The notes beneath the pieces are model-generated. The model made no database searches, was not told where the DNA came from, and worked only from the letters and a program-made list of their open reading frames with translations. From the IMG/VR virus record IMGVR_UViG_3300002494_000005, positions 3,482 through 67,481 of that record: a DNA stretch of 64,000 bases. One strand, given 5' to 3'. The translations under genes were made by a program, and so were the position numbers. This DNA is from a virus. Positions 46,498 through 55,818 of the stretch are shown piece after piece. Numbering within the stretch: the first letter of the stretch is position 1; each line of letters opens with the position of its first letter.

Positions 46498-47340
46498 TCA
46501 CTCCTCCTTCTCTCGTATGTACCGAACTTTACCGTCCTCGACCACTTGCTTAAAGTCTGGCCAACACATCTGCACGAAAGCGCAGTAACTGCACTGCCAA
46601 GGCAAGTATAGCCTGCCGGTTGGCTTTTTGTTCTTGACTTCCTCTTGCGGACCGTACTCTCGTTCAGGGAGGCTATCAGGCGTAGACCTGATAGCGTTTA
46701 AAAACCTAGTCTTTACACGTTTCACCTCCTCTTCACTGTAAGTCACTGGAAGCACCATCCTATGGCTGGTGTCTTTATTATACAACCACAGGAAGGCTTG
46801 CTTGATTCCTGTAGCCTCCATGTAGGCGTTGACTTGGGCTACGTAGTCATCCCTAGGACCGTTGCGGGCCATGTCATTGAAAGACTTAGCGTTAGCGGTT
46901 TTGATGTCAATGATAAATGGCCCTTCGGCTGTGTCCACAATTCCGTCGATGTGACCGGGAACACGATAACCCTCACCAATGTCGAGTTCAACCCACATCT
47001 CTTCACTGTGGAGCGGGGCGACTTTCTTGATGAGATTTCTCTCCAAGTCATGCAGGACGTGTCCGAGCAGCAGAACCGACACTCCCCTATGGCCGGTACT
47101 GGCCGGGATAGGGTAGTGCAAGCTATAAGCGATAGCTCTTTGACACTTCCCGGAGGAAGACAGTCTCAGATAGTTGTACTCCGACTCCTCAGCGGCGATG
47201 TAGGTCATGTTGAAGCGTAGCTCTATTTCACCTCCGTCTACGTACAAGCGTTCAAGGTACTCATGCACCCGGATGAGTAGTTCTTCCGGGTTTTCAGGCA
47301 TGGAAGGTAAGGTATTCTCCGATGTAGTTGGCTGTAACAT
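46498..47340 (-). CDS. Cas4-like PD-(D/E)xK exonuclease
   Basis: N-terminal Cys, GHIDG, DIKT, QVNAY, C-terminal CSYC..C (four-Cys Fe-S staple). Confidence 0.8.
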   Translation of the reverse strand: MLQPTTSENTLPSMPENPEELLIRVHEYLERLYVDGGEIELRFNMTYIAAEESEYNYLRLSSSGKCQRAIAYSLHYPIPASTGHRGVSVLLLGHVLHDLERNLIKKVAPLHSEEMWVELDIGEGYRVPGHIDGIVDTAEGPFIIDIKTANAKSFNDMARNGPRDDYVAQVNAYMEATGIKQAFLWLYNKDTSHRMVLPVTYSEEEVKRVKTRFLNAIRSTPDSLPEREYGPQEEVKNKKPTGRLYLPWQCSYCAFVQMCWPDFKQVVEDGKVRYIREKEE

Positions 47341-48469
47341 GCGTGGTCAGTCCTCCGATGCGATTCTTGGTAGTCCAAATCTCCCGCTGGTGTGGAGACT
47401 TGGGCAGGATGAACGACACCACCCACGCGTACTGCGGTACTTTGCTTGACCCTTCAATGGCCGTGTTATCAGGCGGCATCGGTTGACCATCCCGGTCACC
47501 GTACAACACTCGCTTTACACCCTCACGATTCATCTGACTCAAGACTAACCAGACGGTACTGGTGTCTCTCGCGAAGCGGAATATCTGCTTCATGGCGTTT
47601 GTGATGAGAGTGTACTGGTCGGTGTACTCATTGCCGACCAACGACTGCACAAAGTCTAGCACAAACACTTTTGCGCCGTTTTCGGTAAACCGCTCCGCGG
47701 TTCCAATAATGGAGTGTATGTCGTCGGTACCGCTTACGATGTAAAGTGGCAGGTTAGCCAAGTCATCTTTAAGCTTACTAAGCTTTTCCTTGTTGACCGT
47801 CTTCTGGAAGTAAGCCTGTGGTCCCACATCCGCTCCACCGAGGTGCTGTAAGTAGCGGAGTACACGCACTTGAGCCGCGAGTTCTAGCGTGAAGTCCACT
47901 ACCGGGTACCCGCTCTTGGCAGCGTGTAACGCTACTTGCTCTGCGAAAGCGCTTTTGCCAACACCTTCAGGAGCGGCTATCACGTACACACCACCAGGAT
48001 ACAGAGGTCCCCAAACCTTTTGCAAACCGGCAAGTTCCAGCGGCAAGTCTACCGTGTATCCCGGTTCATTTAAGTCATCAAGAAGCATGCTAATGGTATA
48101 TTCCTCACCGGTGCTGAACGGTTCGGTAGGAAAGCTCGTGATTAAGTCGCTGACCTGACTTAAGTCACGGCGTGTACACGCTTGCTGAACCTTGGTAGCG
48201 TGGTGTTCCACCTCTCTCAGGTAACCCTCCAAGAGCAGGTCATTCACCACTTGTTCTAAGGGCGGTAGCCCTTGGACGATGGCTATGTCTCGCAAGAGCA
48301 GAGACTCACCACCAAGCGGTTGACCATCTATGAGCCTTTCCGCTATACGCCGGTAAGTGGGATTGCTGAAGTAGCGCAACGGTACTCGCATTAGCTGCTT
48401 AATTCCATCAGGACCGGCGTGGTAAGCTGCGGAAAGAGCGGTTAGTTCCAGTCGTTCTTTGGTGTCCAT
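47294..48469 (-). CDS. DnaB-like (SF4) helicase
   Basis: APEGVGKS, FTLEL, LDFVQ, LSQMNR, KNR. Confidence 0.85.
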   Translation of the reverse strand: MDTKERLELTALSAAYHAGPDGIKQLMRVPLRYFSNPTYRRIAERLIDGQPLGGESLLLRDIAIVQGLPPLEQVVNDLLLEGYLREVEHHATKVQQACTRRDLSQVSDLITSFPTEPFSTGEEYTISMLLDDLNEPGYTVDLPLELAGLQKVWGPLYPGGVYVIAAPEGVGKSAFAEQVALHAAKSGYPVVDFTLELAAQVRVLRYLQHLGGADVGPQAYFQKTVNKEKLSKLKDDLANLPLYIVSGTDDIHSIIGTAERFTENGAKVFVLDFVQSLVGNEYTDQYTLITNAMKQIFRFARDTSTVWLVLSQMNREGVKRVLYGDRDGQPMPPDNTAIEGSSKVPQYAWVVSFILPKSPHQREIWTTKNRIGGLTTHVTANYIGEYLTFHA

Positions 48470-48559
48470 ACGCCTCCTAGACGACAAGTAATGCCGGGGT
48501 GGGGGGCGCTGAAGCCCCCCACCCCTCCACCAGACATCCAGACATTTACCCGCTACCCA

Positions 48560-49288
48560 TTATAGCATATCGTACAAGGAGTCAAGGGCTTCTTTCAGGA
48601 TAGCAGGGTCTTGCACTTTGCTAAGCCTGTCTACTCCGGCCTTACGAGCAAAATCGGCCAGTAGCTTGGTGGCCTGATTCTTTTTGTCAGGGTCAGTGAT
48701 GCCCTGATACACCTTTGTCAAGGAGTCCAGCAAGGTCTTGACTTCCTCATTGACCGGCCGCGGAGCGGCGGACTGCTGTGTATTAGCCGGCTCAGACTTA
48801 GTAGTAAAACTTTTAGTCCGGTTGGTCTTGTCAAAGCCCTGAGCCTGACGTTCGTCTTCGGAGTAGAGGTCCAGACCAAACTGAGGACCCCAATGACGCA
48901 GAGTACGCTTCAGAGCATCGGTGACCGCTTCCTTGATGGCAGACTCCACAGCGTCTGAAACATTGCTCATCACACCCTGACCGGTACCGACATCGCTGTG
49001 GGTGTTGTACACATGACCGGTCTCAGGGTCGTGTACCCTTACCGTGACTAAAGCCGTGTACACGCACACCCATTTCTTGCGGTTCTCGTCAAAACCGAGA
49101 TGCACCTGCTTAAGCTCACCGACCTCGCTAGACCAACCAAGGTGACCAAACGCCTGGTTGGCATTGTTGATAGCGGTATAACCCTCGATGTATGCCAACT
49201 GTCTACCGGCCTGCTCCCTGTACTTGACCACACTAGGGTCAAGCTTGACCTTAAGCTTCTCCTCAATGACCTGAACGTTCACACTCAT
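48560..49288 (-). CDS. Rad52/Sak single-strand annealing protein
   Basis: LAYIEG..AINNANQAFGHLGWS, DVGTG, AIKEAVTDALKR..G..FGLDLY. Confidence 0.9.
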   Translation of the reverse strand: MSVNVQVIEEKLKVKLDPSVVKYREQAGRQLAYIEGYTAINNANQAFGHLGWSSEVGELKQVHLGFDENRKKWVCVYTALVTVRVHDPETGHVYNTHSDVGTGQGVMSNVSDAVESAIKEAVTDALKRTLRHWGPQFGLDLYSEDERQAQGFDKTNRTKSFTTKSEPANTQQSAAPRPVNEEVKTLLDSLTKVYQGITDPDKKNQATKLLADFARKAGVDRLSKVQDPAILKEALDSLYDML

Positions 49289-49342
49289 GTTCTTCTCCTC
49301 CTTATGTTCTGCTCCTTCACGCTTGCTTACAATTCTGGCCAT

Positions 49343-49897
49343 TTACTTAACCTCCAGTGGCTTGAATGCCAAAGCTTCGATGTTGGTCGGACGTTCCGCT
49401 AAACGCCAAGATATTGGCTCTATCATGTTGTGTGGTGGATTCTTGTCCAGCAAGTCGTAGGTGATGGCGTCGTTGTTACCCCGCAGTTTTATCACCTTCT
49501 CATGGAAGACCTGATGCACGCCTGAACCTATGTATTTGAGAGCAGCTATGTAAGCGCGGTCAATGTCTATGTAAGCCGGCCACTCATCACCATCCTCCTC
49601 TCGTACAATCAAAGCCCTGCTCGGTACCCTCAAGTGTGGTAGCCCCGGTATTAAGGGCCACTGAAAGCCAATTCCACCTCCACGCGGGAACTCTATGACA
49701 GAAAACCAGTCATAGAGCCAGAGGTTCACCTTTAGCGTGATGTATCCGATGTTTACCTTGTGACCAATGTTCATTGTATCGCCGTACAACGGAAGGTAGC
49801 CCTTGACGACATAGTGATTGCCTTGTGGAATTAGCTCCTTGACAGCTCCGTACATGCTAGAGAACACCATTTCAGCGCGGTATTCAGCGCTTTTCAC
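49343..49897 (-). CDS. Hypothetical protein
   Basis: Coupled ORF. Confidence 0.65.
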   Translation of the reverse strand: MKSAEYRAEMVFSSMYGAVKELIPQGNHYVVKGYLPLYGDTMNIGHKVNIGYITLKVNLWLYDWFSVIEFPRGGGIGFQWPLIPGLPHLRVPSRALIVREEDGDEWPAYIDIDRAYIAALKYIGSGVHQVFHEKVIKLRGNNDAITYDLLDKNPPHNMIEPISWRLAERPTNIEALAFKPLEVK

Positions 49898-50652
49898 AGC
49901 ACACCTCCTTCTGCGTTGACGTAGAAGTCAGACACCATGGCAGTGAAGTACTTATTCCTGTCACGCACTTTGAAGTTACGCCCTAAGGCGCGATTAACGT
50001 AGTAAAGCATGTCGGACAGGGATACTGCTTTTGTCCAAGCGTGACCGGGAAATACCCAATCAAAGAGCGGTTTTGTCGCGTTGTCTCGGTCGTAGGTTTG
50101 TAGCCTAGTACCAGACCTGTGTTCGTAGTACAGGAAGAAGTGCACAGGCCTGACAACAGGTAAGGCTGATGCCCACTCAGGCGGGTACAGGCCGTTCGCC
50201 AAGTACGCCGAACCATAGGCCATTGCACTGGACACACCGGATGTGCTGCTACCTCCAAACTTAACGTAAATTACGGCATTGTCTTCTGGTACAGCCGGTA
50301 AGTAGTAATTTACTCCAGCGCTACGCACATGTACCAGAAGTCCGTCTTTTTCAATTGCCTTGGCAATGTAAGTGCCGGTAAACGGCACATAAATGCTATC
50401 GCTAGCGCGATATAGACCGTTACCGACAGGTTGGAGTGTCACCTCAACATCCGGTTGGTCAGTCACAAAGATGTCTTTGGTGACAATCTCGATGACGTTG
50501 TTATTTTCGCTGTAAACACCGGTCTGCATGATGTAAGCGCGATGCGTGTAGTAATAACCTTCGCGTTTAGTTTCAATGTGAACAACACCAAAGCTATCAC
50601 CTTTGTCTACCCACCAGTACCTGCGAATTAAGTCCTTGAGGTTCACTTTCAT
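49894..50652 (-). CDS. Hypothetical protein (paralogue of 51364..52125)
   Basis: Shared C-terminal YE..GTR..W..DM..VNR.LG..VR. Confidence 0.7.
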   Translation of the reverse strand: MKVNLKDLIRRYWWVDKGDSFGVVHIETKREGYYYTHRAYIMQTGVYSENNNVIEIVTKDIFVTDQPDVEVTLQPVGNGLYRASDSIYVPFTGTYIAKAIEKDGLLVHVRSAGVNYYLPAVPEDNAVIYVKFGGSSTSGVSSAMAYGSAYLANGLYPPEWASALPVVRPVHFFLYYEHRSGTRLQTYDRDNATKPLFDWVFPGHAWTKAVSLSDMLYYVNRALGRNFKVRDRNKYFTAMVSDFYVNAEGGVL

Positions 50653-50690
50653 GGCTTTTGCCCTCCTGCCCATACACCAGACGCGGAGCG

Positions 50691-51377
50691 TCAGATTATC
50701 CTGTATCCTTTACCGCGCGCTAACGGCCTGAGTTCTTCCGGCATTCTGTCTATGTATTCTGGAAGCTTCTCTTTCAAGAACTCCTTTAGATGGTCGTTGT
50801 TGCTGTACATGCCCATTTTATTGTTGGTGTGCACTATTTCTCTGATGAGGTCGTAAGTTGGCAACGACACAAAAGCTGGCCTGGTGAAACGCAAGTTGTA
50901 GTCTTCCACCATGAATGTGGGCAAGTAGCCGATTTTGGTATCAAACACCAACGACAGGTACTTGCCCTCAAGACCATGCACGATGTCCGGTAGCTTAGTG
51001 CCGTCAAACACAACGATTGCCGAGTTTTCTGAGAGAGTGTAAAACGCGTTGCGTTGGAGGATAATAGACCTCTGACGAATCGGACGAATAGACTCATTCT
51101 TTACCAGGATGTCAAAGAGTATAGCGTAGTCCGGGTATAACTGCACAACACACGACATGTTGTACATGGTCAACGTAATCGGATGAACAGAAATTGGTAG
51201 AGACAGGTGTTCTGTTGTGTTTTCGTTTTTAGGAGACAAAGTTAAGTCCACGTCCGAGAGTGTAAACTCGACCATGACTCGTGACTGTGTGTGTTCATTA
51301 CTATCCAGTTCTTTCATGTCTTTTACCACACCACCAAATGCCGATATTAGCCGCAGAACTCTTTCACGTGTGCGCAT
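50691..51377 (-). CDS. Hypothetical protein
   Basis: GGAGG RBS, coupled. Confidence 0.7.
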   Translation of the reverse strand: MRTRERVLRLISAFGGVVKDMKELDSNEHTQSRVMVEFTLSDVDLTLSPKNENTTEHLSLPISVHPITLTMYNMSCVVQLYPDYAILFDILVKNESIRPIRQRSIILQRNAFYTLSENSAIVVFDGTKLPDIVHGLEGKYLSLVFDTKIGYLPTFMVEDYNLRFTRPAFVSLPTYDLIREIVHTNNKMGMYSNNDHLKEFLKEKLPEYIDRMPEELRPLARGKGYRII

Positions 51378-52125
51378 AACTAACCTCCAACGCTTTCGTG
51401 GCCAGTAGGGCGTAGAACTTCTCGGGTGTCCTGACCGTAAGCTTATGACCCATTAGACGGTTTACCGACACCATCAAGTCATCAAAGTCCTTAGCGTCTA
51501 GCCAAGATTTACCGACGTGTGTGATGCCGTACATAAGCTTGTACGGATTGGTAGAACGGAATTCTACTCGCGTTCCGTTTCCGCGTTCGTAGAGCAGTCC
51601 TAGCATTCCGTCAACGGCGTCAATGAACAAGTTAGCGTGCTGTTTAGGAAAAACAGCTCTAATGCTAGGGCTATAACTAGCCTTCACGACCAAAGCAGCT
51701 GTATATACAGTGCCATGAGAGTTGTGCGCGAACAACATTGGCTTATCGTCCGGAAGAGGTAGCACATAGTCGTCGACAAAGCCAACAGGCTCGTTAAAGG
51801 TTACCATTCGCTGGTACAGGTTCTCTCGGTGAAGTAGTTTTATCTCCGCCATGTCTTCAGCTTCCCGCAAGAACCCTTTCTGGTAAAAGACAACACGACT
51901 ACTTGGTTTAAAGGTACGAAACACTTCGAGACGGCTAAAGCTACGTGTTCGACCGCTATCGCTAATAAGGTCATACCAAGCGTAGTGTTCGTACTTTCCT
52001 TGTCCGTAGCTATGTTCGACACTAAAGCCAAGAAAGCCTTTCACTTTGTGACTAGAGCTGTACACACCACTTTCGTGGTAGTGGTAGAGATACGGCATGA
52101 AAAGATTGTACAAGTCTAACGTCAT
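51364..52125 (-). CDS. Hypothetical protein (paralogue of 49894..50652)
   Basis: AGGAGG RBS; shared C-terminal motif. Confidence 0.7.
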   Translation of the reverse strand: MTLDLYNLFMPYLYHYHESGVYSSSHKVKGFLGFSVEHSYGQGKYEHYAWYDLISDSGRTRSFSRLEVFRTFKPSSRVVFYQKGFLREAEDMAEIKLLHRENLYQRMVTFNEPVGFVDDYVLPLPDDKPMLFAHNSHGTVYTAALVVKASYSPSIRAVFPKQHANLFIDAVDGMLGLLYERGNGTRVEFRSTNPYKLMYGITHVGKSWLDAKDFDDLMVSVNRLMGHKLTVRTPEKFYALLATKALEVSYAHT

Positions 52126-52136
52126 GGTCTTCCTCC

Positions 52137-52703
52137 TTATCCGTTGGTCAGTAACTCCTTCCAGAGGTTTGACAGTACACGCTCAGGTCTATTTCCGTTG
52201 ACCTTAGTGAACAGATTCTTTGCCTTTCTCTTGAAGCCTAGTGGTCGGTACACTTGTGGTCCGTACACCATGACGAACTTAGCGTCAGGTGATTCTTCAA
52301 ACGCTATGACCTGTCTAACAGACACGTTTGGAGGCAAAGCGCTAACCATGTCAGCCGGAAGCAAGTACGCCCTCTCTGCTTGAAAGACTAGAGCAGCGTC
52401 TAGCTTTTGCAAAATTCCCCTGTTCAAAAACTCTGTGACAGAACCTTCTATGTCGTTAAGTGGAAACAGGTAACCGCTACGCGTGACACCAAGTCCAAAG
52501 TTGTGCACATGCTTGGCTACCGCAGGTACCTCATCTGGATTTAGCAGCCTACCGTCAACTGTGACTGTCAACACCACGTCATCATAAGTGTGGGGGTGGC
52601 TGATGAGAAGCATACGAGCGATGAAGCCAACGTCTATAAATCCTGCCAGCGTGACCCTGTATCCAAGCGACCTAAGATAGTCGACTATGTGCTCAAGAGT
52701 CAT
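52137..52703 (-). CDS. Hypothetical protein
   Basis: GGAGG RBS before ATG 52703. Confidence 0.7.
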   Translation of the reverse strand: MTLEHIVDYLRSLGYRVTLAGFIDVGFIARMLLISHPHTYDDVVLTVTVDGRLLNPDEVPAVAKHVHNFGLGVTRSGYLFPLNDIEGSVTEFLNRGILQKLDAALVFQAERAYLLPADMVSALPPNVSVRQVIAFEESPDAKFVMVYGPQVYRPLGFKRKAKNLFTKVNGNRPERVLSNLWKELLTNG

Positions 52704-52728
52704 GAACACCTCCTGACACCTCTAGAAT

Positions 52729-52839
52729 GCCCCTATAAGCCCGTAAAATGGCTTATACGGCCCTGGAAGAGTTGCCCTAGTGTTAGACACTAGGGTTATC
52801 ACCCAAGGCCGTATAAGCCATTATAGCGGGTTACAGGGC
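52729..52839 (+). repeat. Long inverted-repeat element, copy A
   Basis: About 37-bp imperfect terminal IRs around CCCTAGTGT-TAG-ACACTAGGG. Confidence 0.85.
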
Positions 52840-53996
52840 TATTGCAGCTTGGTCACCTTACCGAAGGGTACTTTTTCAATTTCAATGCTATTGGGTGTGA
52901 GTACCCACAGCACAGGGTAGTCAGGTTCTCGTTCGGGAAAGAGACCATAGCCGTCGGTGAAGAACATTAGCATCCGAGGCCTATCATCATTCAAGCGTTC
53001 AAACACAGGGCGAAAGTCGGTACCACCACCTCCCCTGAACTTAACCCGCTGAGCGAAGCTGTCAATGTCGTTTTCATCCAGCTCCACGTCTTCGTGCACC
53101 GCTGCATCACAGGTGAGAACGCGAAGCTTGATGTGGTCAAACTGCTGCAGAAGTCCGACCACTTCAGACAGGTAAAGCTTAAGCTCATCTGGGCTAATGG
53201 AGCCGGAAGTGTCAAAGGCCACAGCCAGCTCCACCTGTTCGCCTCCAAGAGACGGGAGGACAAAGTCTGCGTCGTGGAACCGCCTGTCAGGTGGAGTGAA
53301 AGTAAAGTCGGCGGGGAAAGTTTCAATTAAGTCCGCCAATTCACGCCTCCAATCGCGAGGCGGGTTGAGTACACCATCCACCACCCTCTCAATGCCTGCC
53401 GGTAGCGTTCCACGAAGCTTAGCGGCTTGCATCGCTTGAGCTAGTCTCTGTTTCACTTCGGCGACAACGTGGTCGTTACCGACAGAAGCGTCTTCCTGAA
53501 GAATGTCACCAAACAGGCTGAAGAGGTCATCATCTTCCTCTTCTCCTTCCTCCTCTTCCAGCTTGGCGTATACCTGCTCAGCGGACATGTTGGCAAACTT
53601 ATCATCAAGCAGGGCATCGTCCGGCAGATAAAACTTAGGCTTGCCAAACGTTTTGGCAACCCTGTCAGCCTCCTGCTTGATAAGCCAGTTGATGGCGTAG
53701 TCAGCTGCCCAATTCCACCGCCTAGGCTTCCTACCCCGACGGCGTGGAACGTGCAGGAAGGCAATGTGCAACAACTCATGCATCAAGACAGCGGTGAACT
53801 CTTCCCTGGACAAGGAGTTAGCGAACTCGGTATTAAAGTAGACGTTTAGCCCGTCAGTCCAGGCAGTAGGCATAGGAGACTCACTTGGTTCCTTGAAGCG
53901 CACGTCGGTCTGCAAAGCCAGAGTGGCGAAGAAAGGTGAACTAATAGACAATATGGTCCTAGCGTACTGAAGCTTCTCTTTTACACTTACGCTCAT
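52839..53996 (-). CDS. DUF2201 metallopeptidase-like + VWA protein
   Basis: TAWTDG, HELLH, WNWAADYAIN, DTSGS MIDAS, RGGGGTDF, FFTDG. Confidence 0.9.
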   Translation of the reverse strand: MSVSVKEKLQYARTILSISSPFFATLALQTDVRFKEPSESPMPTAWTDGLNVYFNTEFANSLSREEFTAVLMHELLHIAFLHVPRRRGRKPRRWNWAADYAINWLIKQEADRVAKTFGKPKFYLPDDALLDDKFANMSAEQVYAKLEEEEGEEEDDDLFSLFGDILQEDASVGNDHVVAEVKQRLAQAMQAAKLRGTLPAGIERVVDGVLNPPRDWRRELADLIETFPADFTFTPPDRRFHDADFVLPSLGGEQVELAVAFDTSGSISPDELKLYLSEVVGLLQQFDHIKLRVLTCDAAVHEDVELDENDIDSFAQRVKFRGGGGTDFRPVFERLNDDRPRMLMFFTDGYGLFPEREPDYPVLWVLTPNSIEIEKVPFGKVTKLQ

Positions 53997-54012
53997 GGTA
54001 ACCTCCCCGATT

Positions 54013-54228
54013 CTAAGCCGTGGGTTTGCGGCTAAACCCGTCAATGACCGTTTGGTTATCGTCAATTGACTCTGATGTAACGACGCTTGTATTATTCGGC
54101 AGAATGGAATGCAAGTACAAGGAGGCAAAAGTCTGCAGCGTCATGGACACTACCTGCAGTATAGCAGCTATTGCTACGACAAACACTAGCACAACGGCCA
54201 GCAGAGTTTCCCACATGTCTATCATCAC
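54013..54228 (-). CDS. Small membrane protein
   Basis: GGAGG RBS; one TM helix. Confidence 0.55.
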   Translation of the reverse strand: MMIDMWETLLAVVLVFVVAIAAILQVVSMTLQTFASLYLHSILPNNTSVVTSESIDDNQTVIDGFSRKPTA

Positions 54229-54236
54229 CTCCAGCG

Positions 54237-54734
54237 TTAGTCAGCCTTGTTAAAGGCTCTGTCAACTTTTTTGAGTCTGTTCTTAGCCTCGGGATTATCC
54301 TTAAGCCAGTTCAGGGCTTGGTCTAGCGCCTCCTTAAGCGTCTTGGGAAGATTAAGCTTAGAGTTGACAGTACCGGTCATAATCCAAGTGTACGCTACCT
54401 GGCTATCAGTAGCTACCGTGCCGTCGGTTAATTGCAACGCCCTTACAGCGGCGATGAACTCGCCAATATTCACAGCGTGTTCGTTTACTCCCCAAATGTC
54501 GGAGTGCAGAAGCTTACCGTCATTGTCTACGATACGAATGCTGAGCTTACCATGACGGTAAGAAGCGTCACAGAAAACGTCAGCTACAGTCTCGCCGTTA
54601 AACGCCGCTAAAGCGTCTTCAAGTGTCTTAAACTTCCGGAACCTAGCTCCGCTATACCCGTCTACTTGCATTTTCGCCTCTTCCCAAGTCTCGTACACAC
54701 CAGGCTTCTTTCCATTCCAGACAACGTAAGGCAT
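54237..54734 (-). CDS. Ribonuclease HI with N-terminal hybrid-binding (viroplasmin-like) domain
   Basis: YVVWNGKKPGVYETWEE..VDGYSGARFRKF; CDAS, NIGEF.A, TDSQ, KAD. Confidence 0.85.
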   Translation of the reverse strand: MPYVVWNGKKPGVYETWEEAKMQVDGYSGARFRKFKTLEDALAAFNGETVADVFCDASYRHGKLSIRIVDNDGKLLHSDIWGVNEHAVNIGEFIAAVRALQLTDGTVATDSQVAYTWIMTGTVNSKLNLPKTLKEALDQALNWLKDNPEAKNRLKKVDRAFNKAD

Positions 54735-54801
54735 AGTCCGCTCCTTCATGGATATGAGGGTGGGACCTATTCAGGTCCCACCCCCTCACTACTAGTCTAT
54801 T

Positions 54802-55806
54802 TTACCTCACAGCGCTACCGATGCTGGACAGCGCCTTCCTCCACTCAGGCAGACCAATCAAGACGGTATTGATTGGGGCGCTATTCACACCCAACACGGC
54901 TACTGGCAATAGCTCGGTGGGTACCGTCTCCAAAGCCTTGACAAAGTTCTTGGCCAGAGACTGAGTAGGCTTCTGATTCCTCACCCTACCGACCAGTCCG
55001 GTGACATAAGCGTACATCACGGACAGGTCGTCGTTCTTATACGGCGGAATTTTGCCGGCGAGGATGGCATCCAGGTCAGGAAGCTTACCGACCAAACGAC
55101 GGTAAGCCAAGAACTCAGCTGCCACGTCTCCAATCAACCCACTGATGGCTTCGTAAGAGTCGTCATACGCTAGAATCGCGTTGACGTACTCCCACGACCT
55201 TGGAGACGGGAAAGCTTCTTGGTTGCCCTTCGGTGGCTGGTACAAGTAGTCAGGCCTCCACTTCAGGAACGCCAAGACAACAGAGTCCCACCCATGCTGC
55301 AAGCCATACTCGTAAGTGGTGTCGACGTCAGGTTCAATGGTGATGTGCATCATGCGATTCCTGAGCGGTACCGGCATAGCATGAGTAGCACCCCTGTCTT
55401 CCATGCGGTTACCGGCCATGATGACAATGGTACCCTCAGGCAGAGGATGACCACCAACCCTACGGTCAAGAGCAATTTCGTAGGCTACCACCTGATTCGC
55501 CGGCGGAGCGGTATTCACCTCGTCAAAGAACAGCAGTGCCGGCTCATCAGGCACGAAGAATGGCTTAGCAAAGTGAGTAACGCCCCTTTCCTTGTCGATG
55601 AAAGGAAGTCCCCTCACATCAACGACACTAAGGGTGGACAACCTAACATCAATCAAGGGCAGACCAAGCTCTTCAGCTACCTGACGTACAATGCTAGACT
55701 TACCGACACCAGGAGGGCCCCACAGCATGGTAGCCCCCTTGAACTTACCGTCCTTCTGAGCCTTGACAGCGTTCAACAAAACTCCACGAGCCCTAGCGAT
55801 ATTCAT
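54802..55806 (-). CDS. MoxR-like AAA+ ATPase
   Basis: GPPGVGKS, LFFDEVN, AGNR, LRNRM, SPRSW. Confidence 0.9.
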   Translation of the reverse strand: MNIARARGVLLNAVKAQKDGKFKGATMLWGPPGVGKSSIVRQVAEELGLPLIDVRLSTLSVVDVRGLPFIDKERGVTHFAKPFFVPDEPALLFFDEVNTAPPANQVVAYEIALDRRVGGHPLPEGTIVIMAGNRMEDRGATHAMPVPLRNRMMHITIEPDVDTTYEYGLQHGWDSVVLAFLKWRPDYLYQPPKGNQEAFPSPRSWEYVNAILAYDDSYEAISGLIGDVAAEFLAYRRLVGKLPDLDAILAGKIPPYKNDDLSVMYAYVTGLVGRVRNQKPTQSLAKNFVKALETVPTELLPVAVLGVNSAPINTVLIGLPEWRKALSSIGSAVR

Positions 55807-55818
55807 GCTTCTCCTCCC

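Noticed and set aside
52729-52839. IR elements as simple terminators
   Set aside because: Homologous multi-stem architecture in both orientations, without U-tracts
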